A stretch of 64,000 nucleotides of DNA from Candidatus Peregrinibacteria bacterium CG1_02_54_53 (GTDB taxonomy: Bacteria; Patescibacteriota; Gracilibacteria; Peribacterales; Peribacteraceae). Below are positions 8,789 to 18,213 of this stretch, piece by piece (the first letter of the stretch is position 1; each line of letters starts with the position of its first letter). The stretch lies in NCBI GenBank assembly GCA_001872575.1, contig MNWP01000020.1, positions 8,747 through 72,746 of the forward strand, written 5' to 3'. Under the pieces are notes generated by a model. The model saw only the letters and a list, made by a program, of their open reading frames with translations. It had not been told where the DNA came from and searched no databases. Both the position numbers and the translations under genes were made by a program.

Positions 8789-10082
8789 CCCGACACACTC
8801 CATGGAAGGCCCTTCCGCTGCCACCGCTTGCCAATCCATCGCGGAAGAGAATAAACACGAGCGCCAATACGGTCTGCCGGACACGGTGAAGTTCTGCCGA
8901 AAGTGTGTCATGCCCAATACCCGACCGTCTTCCTGCAACGAATATCAACACAGTATCCGCCTCAAGCACCGGTACATCGACTTCGATGAAGAGGGCGTGT
9001 GCAGCGCCTGCCGGTTCTGCGAAGCCAAATACGATGGAACGATCGATTGGAATGAGCGTGAAAAGGAGCTATTTGATCTCCTTGCGCAGTACAGGAGCAA
9101 AGACGGTTCGTACGATGTGCTCGTGCCGGGGAGTGGCGGCAAGGACAGCTGTTTCGCCTCCCATGTCCTCAAGTACAAGTACGGCATGCATCCGCTCACC
9201 GTCACATGGGCACCTCACCTGTACACGGATATCGGCTTCCGCAATTTCCAGAACTGGATCCATGTCGGCGGGTTCGACAATTACCTCTTCACCCCCAACG
9301 GCAAGACACACCGCCTCCTCACCCGTAATGCCTTCCTCCATCTGCTGCATCCGTTTCAGCCGTTCATCCTGGGGCAGAAGACATTCGCTGTGAAAATGGC
9401 CATCAAGTACAATATCCCTCTGATCTTCTACGGCGAGAGCCCGGGAGAATACGGCGCCAACGTGTCGATCCACCAGAAGAAGTTTTCCAGTGACGACAAG
9501 AACAATGCCGGCTTCCGTTTCGATTTTCTGCTGGGGAAAAGCCTCGACGAGATTTATCTGGGCGGCGTTTCGGTTACCGAGTATCTGGAAAAAGGAGTTC
9601 CGAAAGGGGATCTGGCCCCCTACTTCCCGGCAGATCCGTTCGAAATCGAAAGGCAGAAGATTGAATTCCACTATCTGGGCTACTACTTAAACTGGCACCC
9701 GCAGGAAACCTTCTACTACGCCGTAAAGCACTGCGGGTTCGAGCCCGCTCCCGAACGCACGCCGGGAACCTATAGCAAATATAACAGCCTGGATGACCGC
9801 ACGGACGACTTCTTCTACTACACGACACTCATCAAATTCGGCTACGGCAGGGCGACGCAGGATGCCGCGCAGGAAATCCGGAACAAAGAGATCACACGCA
9901 AAGAAGGCGTTGCACTGGTTCAACGGTTTGGGCGCGAGTTCCCACACCGCTACTTTAAGGATTTTCTCGAATACATCGATATCGACGAAAAGAAATTCTG
10001 GGAGACCGTTGATGCGTACCGCGATCCCAGCCTGTGGAAAAAAACCACAGAGGGCTGGAAGCTTAAGCACGTGGTGCAGTGA
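8763..10082 (+). CDS. N-acetyl sugar amidotransferase (WbuX/WbpG/PseA-type PP-loop ATPase), copy 1
   Basis: FCRKCVMPNTRPSS...DEEGVCSACR (N-terminal Cys cluster), VLVPGSGGKDSCF (PP-loop SGGKDS) and FGYGRATQDAAQEIR. The start is uncertain: ATG at 8763 or 8802. The track ORF begins at 8664, inside the HisH-like gene. Confidence 0.85.
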   Translation: MPPVGPLHNPTHSMEGPSAATACQSIAEENKHERQYGLPDTVKFCRKCVMPNTRPSSCNEYQHSIRLKHRYIDFDEEGVCSACRFCEAKYDGTIDWNEREKELFDLLAQYRSKDGSYDVLVPGSGGKDSCFASHVLKYKYGMHPLTVTWAPHLYTDIGFRNFQNWIHVGGFDNYLFTPNGKTHRLLTRNAFLHLLHPFQPFILGQKTFAVKMAIKYNIPLIFYGESPGEYGANVSIHQKKFSSDDKNNAGFRFDFLLGKSLDEIYLGGVSVTEYLEKGVPKGDLAPYFPADPFEIERQKIEFHYLGYYLNWHPQETFYYAVKHCGFEPAPERTPGTYSKYNSLDDRTDDFFYYTTLIKFGYGRATQDAAQEIRNKEITRKEGVALVQRFGREFPHRYFKDFLEYIDIDEKKFWETVDAYRDPSLWKKTTEGWKLKHVVQ

Positions 10083-10086
10083 TCAA

Positions 10087-10845
10087 TCAGAGTGACCATC
10101 CTCCGTCCACGACCAGATTATGCCCCGTGATGTAACAAGCATCTTCAGAAAGTAGGAACGCTGCTGCCGGAGCAATATCTTTTGGAATGGCCATGCGCCG
10201 TAGTGGAGTGTGTGCTTCGTAGCGCTTCACAAAAGTGTCAATCTGGTCATCGAAAATTCCTCCCGGAGAAATGGCATTCACCCGCACGCCATGCGACCCA
10301 TAGTAGGCCGCCAGATATCGAGTGAGATTGATGATACCTCCCTTGATCGCGCTGTACGCGGCGGGCATCGTCATGGTCGTACCTTCATAGAGAGAGAAAT
10401 CCGGCGCCTCGAATCCGTAAATCGATCCGATGTTGATAAGTGATCCCGTCTTCGCTTGCTTCATATGTTCCAGCACGACCTGGCAACAGCGGAAGTACCC
10501 ACCCAGATGCATTTGCACGTTTTGATCCCATGAAGCGGGAGGAATCTTTTCAAACGGCAAACCCCAGTCTGCCGTACGAGGATAAGCGTTATTGATCCAG
10601 CCATGCAGAGCACCGAATTTCTTTTGAACTTCCTGCACGCAGGAGCGGATAGAATCGCTATTCGTGATATCCATATGCACGGTGCCTTTATCAAGATCGG
10701 TCTTGCAATGAATATCGGCGGAAATCGCCGTTGCGCCCGCCTGACGACAATGAGAAACAAACTCTTTGCCGAGGAGCCCCTCCCCTCCGGTCACGACGAT
10801 GATGCGATCGGTCAGATTACTCATGGAGAGTGAGGTGTAAGACAT
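10087..10845 (-). CDS. Short-chain dehydrogenase/reductase (flagellin-modification PtmA-like SDR)
   Basis: RIIVVTGGEGLLGKEF...NNAY...YSAIKGG...PGGI. An alternative start is at 10824. Confidence 0.85.
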   Translation of the reverse strand: MSYTSLSMSNLTDRIIVVTGGEGLLGKEFVSHCRQAGATAISADIHCKTDLDKGTVHMDITNSDSIRSCVQEVQKKFGALHGWINNAYPRTADWGLPFEKIPPASWDQNVQMHLGGYFRCCQVVLEHMKQAKTGSLINIGSIYGFEAPDFSLYEGTTMTMPAAYSAIKGGIINLTRYLAAYYGSHGVRVNAISPGGIFDDQIDTFVKRYEAHTPLRRMAIPKDIAPAAAFLLSEDACYITGHNLVVDGGWSL

Positions 10846-11728
10846 CGCAGGCTTCCTGTGCGGAGTTTATCGGCTTCTCGCCTGTCTCTAGGCAATGCAG
10901 GAAATAGCGCATCTGCGAGGAGTATAGATCCGTCATGGTGAGGGACGAGGAGAAAAGCTCCTTTTCACCTGCTTTAATGGAGGACTGCAGTAGATCCACT
11001 ATCCATGTCTCATCCTCAAAGAGGATTTCCACCGTTCGTTTGGAATCCTTGCGGTAGTAGTTCAGGGTGATCGTGGCGGAGAATGCGTCGTAGGTGAGGA
11101 CAGAATGCGCGTAGTCCACAGCCGGCATACGCAGGGAAGAAACATTGCGCAATGTATGTGAAACCGCAGAGGGCTTACCAAAGAGCCAGAAAAGATAATC
11201 CATTTCATGAATGAGCTCCATGTGTACGCCTCCACTCTGCGCAGGATCAAAACGAAAACTCTTCTGCCAGTCTTTATCCGGAATCCAATCAGGAAGGTAC
11301 GATCCACAGTAACTATTCACTTCGTTGATCTGTTTCTTGGTCTCTGCGAGGTGTTCGCGGACGAATTGAAGACAGGGATGATGTCGCAAAACACAAGCCA
11401 CGTAGGTCACGGCATCACCACGAAGCAGCATCATGATCTTCTCCGCCTCTTCTTCCGTTCGCACCACCGGCTTCTCGATAAAAAGAGGACACTTAAGCGG
11501 TAGCACCTTCTCAATGGAGGAAAAGTGGAGGTGCGTTGGGTTGGAGATGATAACAAAATCCGGAGTAACGGGGAGCTCATCTAAAGAACGGATATTCCGG
11601 ACATCTTCGAACTCCTCCGCATCAGACGAAGAGCGCAGAGCATAGATCGTCGCATCTGCACCGATCGTCTTGAGTGCAGCAATGTGTTTCTTTGCGATGG
11701 AGCCGAGACCGATGATGAGAATGTTCAT
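10817..11728 (-). CDS. Gfo/Idh/MocA-family NAD(P)-dependent oxidoreductase
   Basis: MNILIIGLGSIAKKHIAAL...FIEKPV is the N-terminal Rossmann plus EKP motif. Confidence 0.85.
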   Translation of the reverse strand: MNILIIGLGSIAKKHIAALKTIGADATIYALRSSSDAEEFEDVRNIRSLDELPVTPDFVIISNPTHLHFSSIEKVLPLKCPLFIEKPVVRTEEEAEKIMMLLRGDAVTYVACVLRHHPCLQFVREHLAETKKQINEVNSYCGSYLPDWIPDKDWQKSFRFDPAQSGGVHMELIHEMDYLFWLFGKPSAVSHTLRNVSSLRMPAVDYAHSVLTYDAFSATITLNYYRKDSKRTVEILFEDETWIVDLLQSSIKAGEKELFSSSLTMTDLYSSQMRYFLHCLETGEKPINSAQEACDVLHLTLHE

Positions 11729-12444
11729 GAGAAGAAACCGAGCTGATGGTTTACAAGGAGATATTCAAGAAATGCAAAGTCCTCCGATGTATCAAGATCA
11801 AAACACGGGTGAGACATTTCATAAATGAGCGAACGCTCCGTAACGGCACTCTGAGGATCTGCATCGAAGAATGCGCGACGATAGAAGTAGAAGGACGCGT
11901 TCATATCGTAGACCTTCGGTGCCCTCTGACGTGACAGAACGGTATCCGCAGAGCGCTTGCAGACATGCACGTATCCGTCTTCCCCCTTCTCCACCATATT
12001 GAAGTAGGGATTTCTGCGTGCAGGACTGACAGAGAAGAGATTGAGCGCATCAGGATCTTTTTGGAGTAGAGCGAATCCCTGCTGCAAATCATCCATCGTG
12101 CGTAGAGGTGAGGTGACATCGAGATCAAGCAGATAGTCATAGCGCTTCTGACTACGCTCTTCCTCGTGAAGAAGTAGATGCTGCAGAACAGGAATCTTGC
12201 CTGCCGTATCCAAAGCAAGTTCTGCGGGGCGCATATAATCGCTCTCGAGCCCGACTTGTGCCGCAGCGGACCGGATCTCATTGTTGTCTGTAGAGAGCGC
12301 AATATCCGCCTCGGTCTGTTTGGCAAATTGCTGCGCATGACGAATGCTGTAGGCGATGAGCGGTGTGCCGTTTACCTCACGGATATTCTTGCCGGGAACT
12401 CCTTTAGAGCCGCCGCGGGCGCAAATGGTGATAAGAAGGGACAT
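11725..12444 (-). CDS. Acylneuraminate cytidylyltransferase family (CMP-NulO synthetase, NeuA/LegF/PtmB-like)
   Basis: MSLLITICARGGSKGVPGKNIREVNGTPLIAYSI...DVTSPLR. Confidence 0.85.
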   Translation of the reverse strand: MSLLITICARGGSKGVPGKNIREVNGTPLIAYSIRHAQQFAKQTEADIALSTDNNEIRSAAAQVGLESDYMRPAELALDTAGKIPVLQHLLLHEEERSQKRYDYLLDLDVTSPLRTMDDLQQGFALLQKDPDALNLFSVSPARRNPYFNMVEKGEDGYVHVCKRSADTVLSRQRAPKVYDMNASFYFYRRAFFDADPQSAVTERSLIYEMSHPCFDLDTSEDFAFLEYLLVNHQLGFFS

Positions 12445-12458
12445 GCGATAAGGGGGAA

Positions 12459-13640
12459 TCAGGACGACTTCTTCTCATACTTGACCCACGACTCTTTCGG
12501 CAAGTGTACAGGTCCGTAGGACGACGGTTCACCCCATGGGTTGTCTTTCCACCATTCGCCATTTTCAATCCACCACACACGAGGATCGTGGAACGTATCT
12601 GCTATACGGAAAAATTCCTCCTCTTTCATTCCGGTCATCGAGAGGAAGTACTCAAGCGACTTTCGGGGAACCACATGGTCATATTTTCGCACCAGCTCAA
12701 TACCCTGCTCCCGTGTCATCACTCCCAAACGAATGTCTTTGGACGTGTGATCGGTACACCGACCGTACCCGAATTTCACGAACTTCAACCAGTCCTTGAT
12801 ACCGTTCTCGTGAATATCATCCACATTGGAAATGGTGCGATAGGTGCGTTCGCTCACCTCGTTGCTCGGCTTGAACCCGAACTCCTGCATATGTTTGGCG
12901 TTCGCATTGCCATCCCAATAGGTGTAAACGCCTAAATGAATACCGCGTACGCCCACACGTGCGATCTCTTCATCCGGAGGAAACTTCGCCCACAACAGAT
13001 CTTGCTCGGTGAGCCCCTCGTCGCCCACGAAGTCATTCCAGTCGTATCCGCGCAGATAACTCTCTTTGCGGTCACGTACGGTGAACTCGGGACGATCGGA
13101 CAAACTATACTGTCCGGCGAGATCCAGGAATCCGTGCTCGCCGTAGATCACAAGCGGGATGTTGAACCGCACTGCCACCTGAAAGGGCAGTGTCCACACG
13201 CCACAGTGGAAATGCCAGCTCATGTCGCCCATTTTCCTGAATCCGGCGATATTCATTTTACTGACCATTTTGAGGCTCGGCGTGAAGATGTAGTGATCCA
13301 CGCCAAATGCCCTGCTGATGTTGCGCAGATTCTGCTCCGCTGTCTCGGTGTAGTTGTGCGTGTAGTAGGTGACGAGCAGGGGCTTCAAACCAAGCTTTTT
13401 GGTGATGTACCACACCTGGAAGTGACTGTCCTTTCCGCCGCTCACGGGAATGATGCAATCATAATTGCTGCCGTCTTTGCTTCTATGCTCCTCGAGCAGT
13501 CGGCGGAATTCCTCCTCCCGGGCTTTCCAGTCGATACTCGACTTCTCATCGGTAACGTCACACCCACTGCAAACACCATCATCCCGCATGGCAAGGTTTA
13601 CCGCGATGATGGGGTATGTGCAACGCTTGCAATACTGCAT
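12459..13640 (-). CDS. N-acetyl sugar amidotransferase (WbuX/WbpG/PseA type), copy 2
   Basis: MQYCKRCTYP...DGVCSGCDV, IIPVSGGKDSHF (PP-loop) and FGYGRCTDHTSKDIR. It is a paralog of the 8763-10082 gene. Confidence 0.85.
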   Translation of the reverse strand: MQYCKRCTYPIIAVNLAMRDDGVCSGCDVTDEKSSIDWKAREEEFRRLLEEHRSKDGSNYDCIIPVSGGKDSHFQVWYITKKLGLKPLLVTYYTHNYTETAEQNLRNISRAFGVDHYIFTPSLKMVSKMNIAGFRKMGDMSWHFHCGVWTLPFQVAVRFNIPLVIYGEHGFLDLAGQYSLSDRPEFTVRDRKESYLRGYDWNDFVGDEGLTEQDLLWAKFPPDEEIARVGVRGIHLGVYTYWDGNANAKHMQEFGFKPSNEVSERTYRTISNVDDIHENGIKDWLKFVKFGYGRCTDHTSKDIRLGVMTREQGIELVRKYDHVVPRKSLEYFLSMTGMKEEEFFRIADTFHDPRVWWIENGEWWKDNPWGEPSSYGPVHLPKESWVKYEKKSS

Positions 13641-13678
13641 GGAAGAAGCGGAAAGAATGAGATTTCCAGTCTATCGCC

Positions 13679-14506
13679 CTACAGACGCACGTCAATTCCG
13701 GCAGCCCGAATTTCCTGCTTGGCGTGGATGACGCTCTGTTCCGAAAAATGGAAGATGTTTGCCGCCGCAACGGCCGATGCCCTGCCTTCCTTCAGCCCCG
13801 CCACGAAATCGGAGAATTTTCCAACCCCTCCGAGCGCGATCACGGGAATGGAAACGCTTTCTGCGACTTCGCGGACCAGCGCCAGATCGTAACCCGTCCC
13901 GGTGCCGTCACGATCGATGGACTGCAGCAGAATTTCCCCTGCTCCACGCCGCTCAGCCTCTTGGGCCCATTCAACAGGCGTCATGCCAGTCGGCTCACGG
14001 CCGAAGTGCTTGTATACCTCGCAAGTACCGGTGGCAGGATCGCGCTTCACATCAATGCATACGACAATGCACTGGTTGCCGAATGCCTGCGACGCCTTCT
14101 CGATGAAAATCGGGTCGTCGAGCGCCTGCGTATTAATACTGACTTTGTCCGCCCCATTCCTGAGACGAATGCGTATGTCGTCGAGGGTGCGGATCTTGCC
14201 GCCGAAGGTGAGCGGGATCATGCACTTCTCCGAAACGTAACGGATCATCGCGATGATATCGTTCGTCATCGTGGCGGGGATGTTCTTATTGGAACTGGTG
14301 GAACCAATCACGCTCATGGTCTCACGAAAATCGTGTGTGTCATCGCGGTTAATATCGAGGTAGATGAGCTCATCGGCCTTCCAGGCGGTGTAGCGCTCCA
14401 CTTGGCCCAGCGGATCACCCGTATGCTGATGGAACGTAAAGGTGCGGCTGCGCACGAGAATGCCGTTCTTGAGGAGGAGCACGGGAATGAGGCGCGGCTT
14501 GAGCAT
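13679..14506 (-). CDS. HisF-like cyclase subunit (WbuZ type), copy 2
   Basis: MLKPRLIPVLLLKNGILVRSRTF...ADELIYLDI...GGKI...ILLQSIDRDGTGTGYD. Confidence 0.9.
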   Translation of the reverse strand: MLKPRLIPVLLLKNGILVRSRTFTFHQHTGDPLGQVERYTAWKADELIYLDINRDDTHDFRETMSVIGSTSSNKNIPATMTNDIIAMIRYVSEKCMIPLTFGGKIRTLDDIRIRLRNGADKVSINTQALDDPIFIEKASQAFGNQCIVVCIDVKRDPATGTCEVYKHFGREPTGMTPVEWAQEAERRGAGEILLQSIDRDGTGTGYDLALVREVAESVSIPVIALGGVGKFSDFVAGLKEGRASAVAAANIFHFSEQSVIHAKQEIRAAGIDVRL

Positions 14507-15192
14507 TACGCGAGTGAAAGGAAATTGCGGAAGATCTGCAGCCCATCGTCATGACTTTTCTCGGGATGGAATTGGGCTCCACAAATATTGTCGGATTCGA
14601 CCAGCGCCGTGACGGCCTGTCCATATTCGCACGTGCCGGCGATGACCTGCGGATCCTCCGGAATGAATTGGTAGCTGTGTACAAAGTAGAACGCAGGACG
14701 GTGCGTGAATCCGGCTGCAATCGGATGTTGTCCTGAGAGGTTTACATCGTTCCACCCGATATGGGGCAACCTGCACTCCGACTGTGCAGTATCGATGAGT
14801 CGCACGGCCCCTGGAATGAAACCAAGCCCTTGATTTCGCCCGTGCTCGAATCCCTCCGTCGCAAGCAATTGCATGCCCAGGCAAATGCCAAGCATCGGTT
14901 TTTTCTTCTCTAGCGCTTCCTCCCGGAGCACAGAGATGAACCCCCGCTCTGTGAGCCCCTTCATTCCTTCACTAAAACTCCCCACCCCCGGAAGGATGAT
15001 ATGCGTGGCATCGACGAGAGCTGCGAGGTCGGCGGTGACATGCACCGGCACCTGCAGACGCAAGACGGCGTTACGCACGGAGGTAAGGTTTCCAACGCCG
15101 TAATCGATGATGGCAACGGACAAGGCCACAGAATGAGAGAAAAATTCTCTGCGCCACAATACAGACAATTGACCGAGAAAACAGCCGTCCAT
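14506..15192 (-). CDS. HisH-like glutamine amidotransferase subunit (WbuY type), copy 2
   Basis: VAIIDYGVGNLTSV...LPGVGSF...MLGICLGMQLL...HIGWN...FYFVHSY...GAQFHPEKS. The track ORF (to 15909) extends antisense into pseB. I place the start at the ATG at 15192; an in-frame GTG further downstream is also possible. Confidence 0.85.
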   Translation of the reverse strand: MDGCFLGQLSVLWRREFFSHSVALSVAIIDYGVGNLTSVRNAVLRLQVPVHVTADLAALVDATHIILPGVGSFSEGMKGLTERGFISVLREEALEKKKPMLGICLGMQLLATEGFEHGRNQGLGFIPGAVRLIDTAQSECRLPHIGWNDVNLSGQHPIAAGFTHRPAFYFVHSYQFIPEDPQVIAGTCEYGQAVTALVESDNICGAQFHPEKSHDDGLQIFRNFLSLA

Positions 15193-15249
15193 CACCTGTA
15201 AAACCCGTGATTTTCGCTGAAAAAACGTCTGATATGGTACGATTGGCTC

Positions 15250-16230
15250 GTGAGTATCGATAGCAACCTCTCTGTTCTCATCACCGGCGGCACGGGATCC
15301 TTCGGCAAGAAATTCGTCGAGATGGCCTTGAAAGGGCCACATCCTCGTAAGCTCATCGTCTTCAGTCGTGATGAACTTAAGCAGCATGAAATGCGTGTGG
15401 AGGGCTTCAACGACAAGTGCATGCGCTACTTCATCGGGGATGTACGTGACCGCGAGAGGCTTAAGCGCGCCATGAACGGGGTGGATATCGTTATTCATGC
15501 AGCTGCGCTGAAACATGTTTCTGCATGCGAGTACAACCCCATCGAAGCGATACAGACGAATATTATCGGTGCGCAGAACATCATCAACGCGGCGATCGAC
15601 GCCGGAGTGAAGAAAGTGATCGCACTCTCGACCGACAAGGCGGTGAATCCGGTGAACCTGTATGGTGCCTCCAAGCTCTGCGCGGAGAAGCTGTTCGTGC
15701 AGGGCAACGCCTACTCGGGCACGGGAGGCACGCTCTTCAGCTGTGTGCGGTACGGTAACGTAATCGGAAGCCGCGGCAGTGTCGTTCCATTGTTCAGGGA
15801 ACAGTGCAAAACCGGAACCGTTACGATCACCGACGAGCGCATGACCCGCTTCTGGCTCACAGTCGAGCAGGGGGTGAATTTCGTTCTCCGCTGCCTCAAA
15901 GACATGCACGGCGGCGAGATCTTCGTCCCCAAGATCCCCAGTGCCAGGCTTACCGATCTAGTGGAAGCACTGGCCCCCGGCTGTAAGAAAAATATCACAG
16001 GTATCCGTGCCAGCGAGAAACTGCACGAGTGCCTGCTCTCGGGAGACGAGGCCCGTCACACAGTGGAGCTCCCCGATATGTTCGTTGTCGAGCCTGAAGA
16101 TGACTCGTGGGGCTTTGACTACTGGAAAGGATCTCACCCGCCGGAAAACTGGCAGTACAGCAGCGATGCGAATACGCAGTGGCTCACACAGAGTGAATTG
16201 CTCTCTCTTCTGTCAGCCGACGCCCACTGA
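15250..16230 (+). CDS. pseB: UDP-N-acetylglucosamine 4,6-dehydratase (inverting), PseB/FlaA1 type
   Basis: 326 aa, GTG start. VLITGGTGSFGKKFVE...AAALKHVSACEYNPIEAIQTNIIGAQN...STDKAVNPVNLYGASKLCAEK...RYGNVIGSRGSVVPLF. Confidence 0.9.
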   Translation: MSIDSNLSVLITGGTGSFGKKFVEMALKGPHPRKLIVFSRDELKQHEMRVEGFNDKCMRYFIGDVRDRERLKRAMNGVDIVIHAAALKHVSACEYNPIEAIQTNIIGAQNIINAAIDAGVKKVIALSTDKAVNPVNLYGASKLCAEKLFVQGNAYSGTGGTLFSCVRYGNVIGSRGSVVPLFREQCKTGTVTITDERMTRFWLTVEQGVNFVLRCLKDMHGGEIFVPKIPSARLTDLVEALAPGCKKNITGIRASEKLHECLLSGDEARHTVELPDMFVVEPEDDSWGFDYWKGSHPPENWQYSSDANTQWLTQSELLSLLSADAH

Positions 16231-16238
16231 GCAAGCCC

Positions 16239-17435
16239 ATGTCAAAACTCGCCCTCCACGGCGGCTCCCCCGTACGCACAACACTCCTCCCCTACGCACA
16301 TCAATCTGTGAACGAAGATGATATTGCAGCGGTAACCGCCGTACTGCGATCGGACTGGTGGACAACGGGGCCCGCGATCGGGGAATTTGAAAAAGCGTTC
16401 GCCGCATTTGCGAAAACCAAGGAAGCAGTGGCTGTGAGCAACGGAACCGCCGCCCTTCATTCCGCATTCTACGCGGCAGACATCGGGCCGGGCGACGAGG
16501 TGATCGTGCCGCCCATGACCTTTGCGGCAACTGCCAACGCTGCGGTCTTTCTGGGAGCAACACCCGTGTTCGCCGATTGCGATGCTCAAACGCTTCTCAT
16601 TGATCCCGCGCAGGTGGAAAAAGCTGTTACGAAGAAAACAAAAGCCGTCGTCGCTGTGGATTACGCGGGCCAGCCATGTGATTACGATGCCTTGCATGCC
16701 ATTGTGAAGGAACATAAGCTCCCGCTCATCGCCGATGCCTGCCACGCACTCGGAGGCAGCGAGCATGATCGACCGGTAGGTTCCCTCGCCGATGCCAGTA
16801 CCTTCAGCTTTCATCCTGTTAAACCTCTCGCAACGGGTGAAGGTGGCATGATCACCACCGATAACACCGCAATGGCCGAGCGTATGCGCCGGTTTCGGAA
16901 CCACTGCATGACCACCGATCACCGCGAACGACAGGAGAAGGGATCGTGGTATTACGAGGTGACAGATCTGGGGTACAACTACAGACTGACGGATATCCAG
17001 TGCGCACTTGGCAGAAGCCAGCTCAAACGTGTGCCCGAGTGGACGCAGCGCCGGCAGGAGATTGCGCAAAAATATGACGAGGCGTTTCAGACGATAGTGG
17101 GGGCGAAACCGTTGAACATACGAAAAAATGTGGAGCACGCCTACCATCTGTATGTCATTGAGCTGGAGCCGGAGCACCTTTCGGCGGACCGCAATGAAAT
17201 TTTTCAGGCAATCCGCGCCGAGAACATCGGTGTGAACGTGCACTATATTCCTGTGCATCTGCATCCCTTCTACCGAAAGAAATTTGGAACCAAAGAAGGG
17301 CTCTGCCCGGTGGCCGAGCGCGCTTTCGAACGCATCATTTCCCTCCCGGTCTTCGCGGCCATGCAGGAACAGGACGTCGCAGATGTCATTCATGCGGTCA
17401 AAAAAGTTCTCACCCACTACGCCGTACGAAAGTGA
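16239..17435 (+). CDS. pseC: UDP-4-amino-4,6-dideoxy-N-acetyl-beta-L-altrosamine transaminase (DegT family, PseC type)
   Basis: Y..QSVNEDDIAAVTAVLRSDWWTTGPAIGEFEKAFA...SFHPVKPLATGEGGM...GYNYRLTDIQCALGRSQL. Confidence 0.9.
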   Translation: MSKLALHGGSPVRTTLLPYAHQSVNEDDIAAVTAVLRSDWWTTGPAIGEFEKAFAAFAKTKEAVAVSNGTAALHSAFYAADIGPGDEVIVPPMTFAATANAAVFLGATPVFADCDAQTLLIDPAQVEKAVTKKTKAVVAVDYAGQPCDYDALHAIVKEHKLPLIADACHALGGSEHDRPVGSLADASTFSFHPVKPLATGEGGMITTDNTAMAERMRRFRNHCMTTDHRERQEKGSWYYEVTDLGYNYRLTDIQCALGRSQLKRVPEWTQRRQEIAQKYDEAFQTIVGAKPLNIRKNVEHAYHLYVIELEPEHLSADRNEIFQAIRAENIGVNVHYIPVHLHPFYRKKFGTKEGLCPVAERAFERIISLPVFAAMQEQDVADVIHAVKKVLTHYAVRK

Positions 17436-17445
17436 CTGTGAAGCT

Positions 17446-18213
17446 ATGAAAACCGTTGCCATCATTCAGGGGCGTATGAGCTCGCGGCGACTGCCGGGAA
17501 AGATTTTGGAAGACATAGCCGGATCGCCCCTTCTTGCGCATGTCATTCGGCGCACCAAAGCCGCAGACCGGTTTGATGAAGTGATCGTCGCCACCTCTGC
17601 CGATTCCTCCGATGATCGTGTACAGGACTTCTGCAAAATGGAAAATGTCCCCTGCTTCCGTGGAAGTCTCAACGACGTGCTGGATCGCTACTATCAGGCA
17701 GCAAAATCCTCCGGCGCGGATCGTATCGTGCGTCTGACTGCCGATTGTCCCCTGCTGGATCCCGTCGTCATCCGCATGGTGATCGATGCGCTCGATGAGC
17801 ACTATGACTATGTGAGCAATGCGTTGCACAGAACGTATCCTAAGGGTCTCGATACCGAAGCCTTTTCTCTGCAAACCCTCGCCCGCGTGTGGGAGCAGGC
17901 TCGTCTTCCTTCGGAACGTGAGCACGTCACGCCCTTCATCTACAAAAACCCCACTCTTTTCCGTATCAAAGAAATTACACAGCAGACAGATCGCTCCACT
18001 CTGCGCTGGACAGTGGATGAACAGCGTGACTTGGATTTCGTCCGGGCGGTATATAAGGAACTCGGCGACGGTGTTTTCCATCAGGAGGAGATTCTGTCTT
18101 TGCTCAAAGCTCATCCGGAGATACAAAAGCTGAACGAAGGCATCGATCCCAATGAAGGATACCGCCAGTCACTGGAGGAAGATGCGGCATTCCTTCCTCC
18201 TGCGCAGTTATGA
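17446..18213 (+). CDS. pseF: Cytidylyltransferase of the SpsF/PseF type (CMP-pseudaminic acid synthetase candidate)
   Basis: MKTVAIIQGRMSSRRLPGKILEDIAGSPLLAHVIRR...RLTADCPLLDP. The ATG at 17446 follows the pseC stop. The track ORF start at 17284 lies inside pseC. Confidence 0.85.
   Translation: MKTVAIIQGRMSSRRLPGKILEDIAGSPLLAHVIRRTKAADRFDEVIVATSADSSDDRVQDFCKMENVPCFRGSLNDVLDRYYQAAKSSGADRIVRLTADCPLLDPVVIRMVIDALDEHYDYVSNALHRTYPKGLDTEAFSLQTLARVWEQARLPSEREHVTPFIYKNPTLFRIKEITQQTDRSTLRWTVDEQRDLDFVRAVYKELGDGVFHQEEILSLLKAHPEIQKLNEGIDPNEGYRQSLEEDAAFLPPAQL

Noticed and set aside
12936-13892. 318-aa plus-strand ORF, and similarly 13724-14554 and 1105-1941
   Set aside because: These are antisense to the amidotransferase, HisF-like and gmd genes respectively. 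No motifs were seen.
15193-15909. N-terminal 239 residues of the 467-aa track ORF 14506-15909 (minus strand)
   Set aside because: This part is antisense to pseB and has no motif. The HisH-like domain starts only near VAIIDYGVGN, so I truncated the gene to 14506-15192.
16242-17465. 407-aa minus-strand ORF
   Set aside because: It is entirely antisense to pseC, whose plus-strand product has unmistakable DegT/PseC motifs. The antisense product has no recognisable motif. Long antisense ORFs are expected at this GC content.
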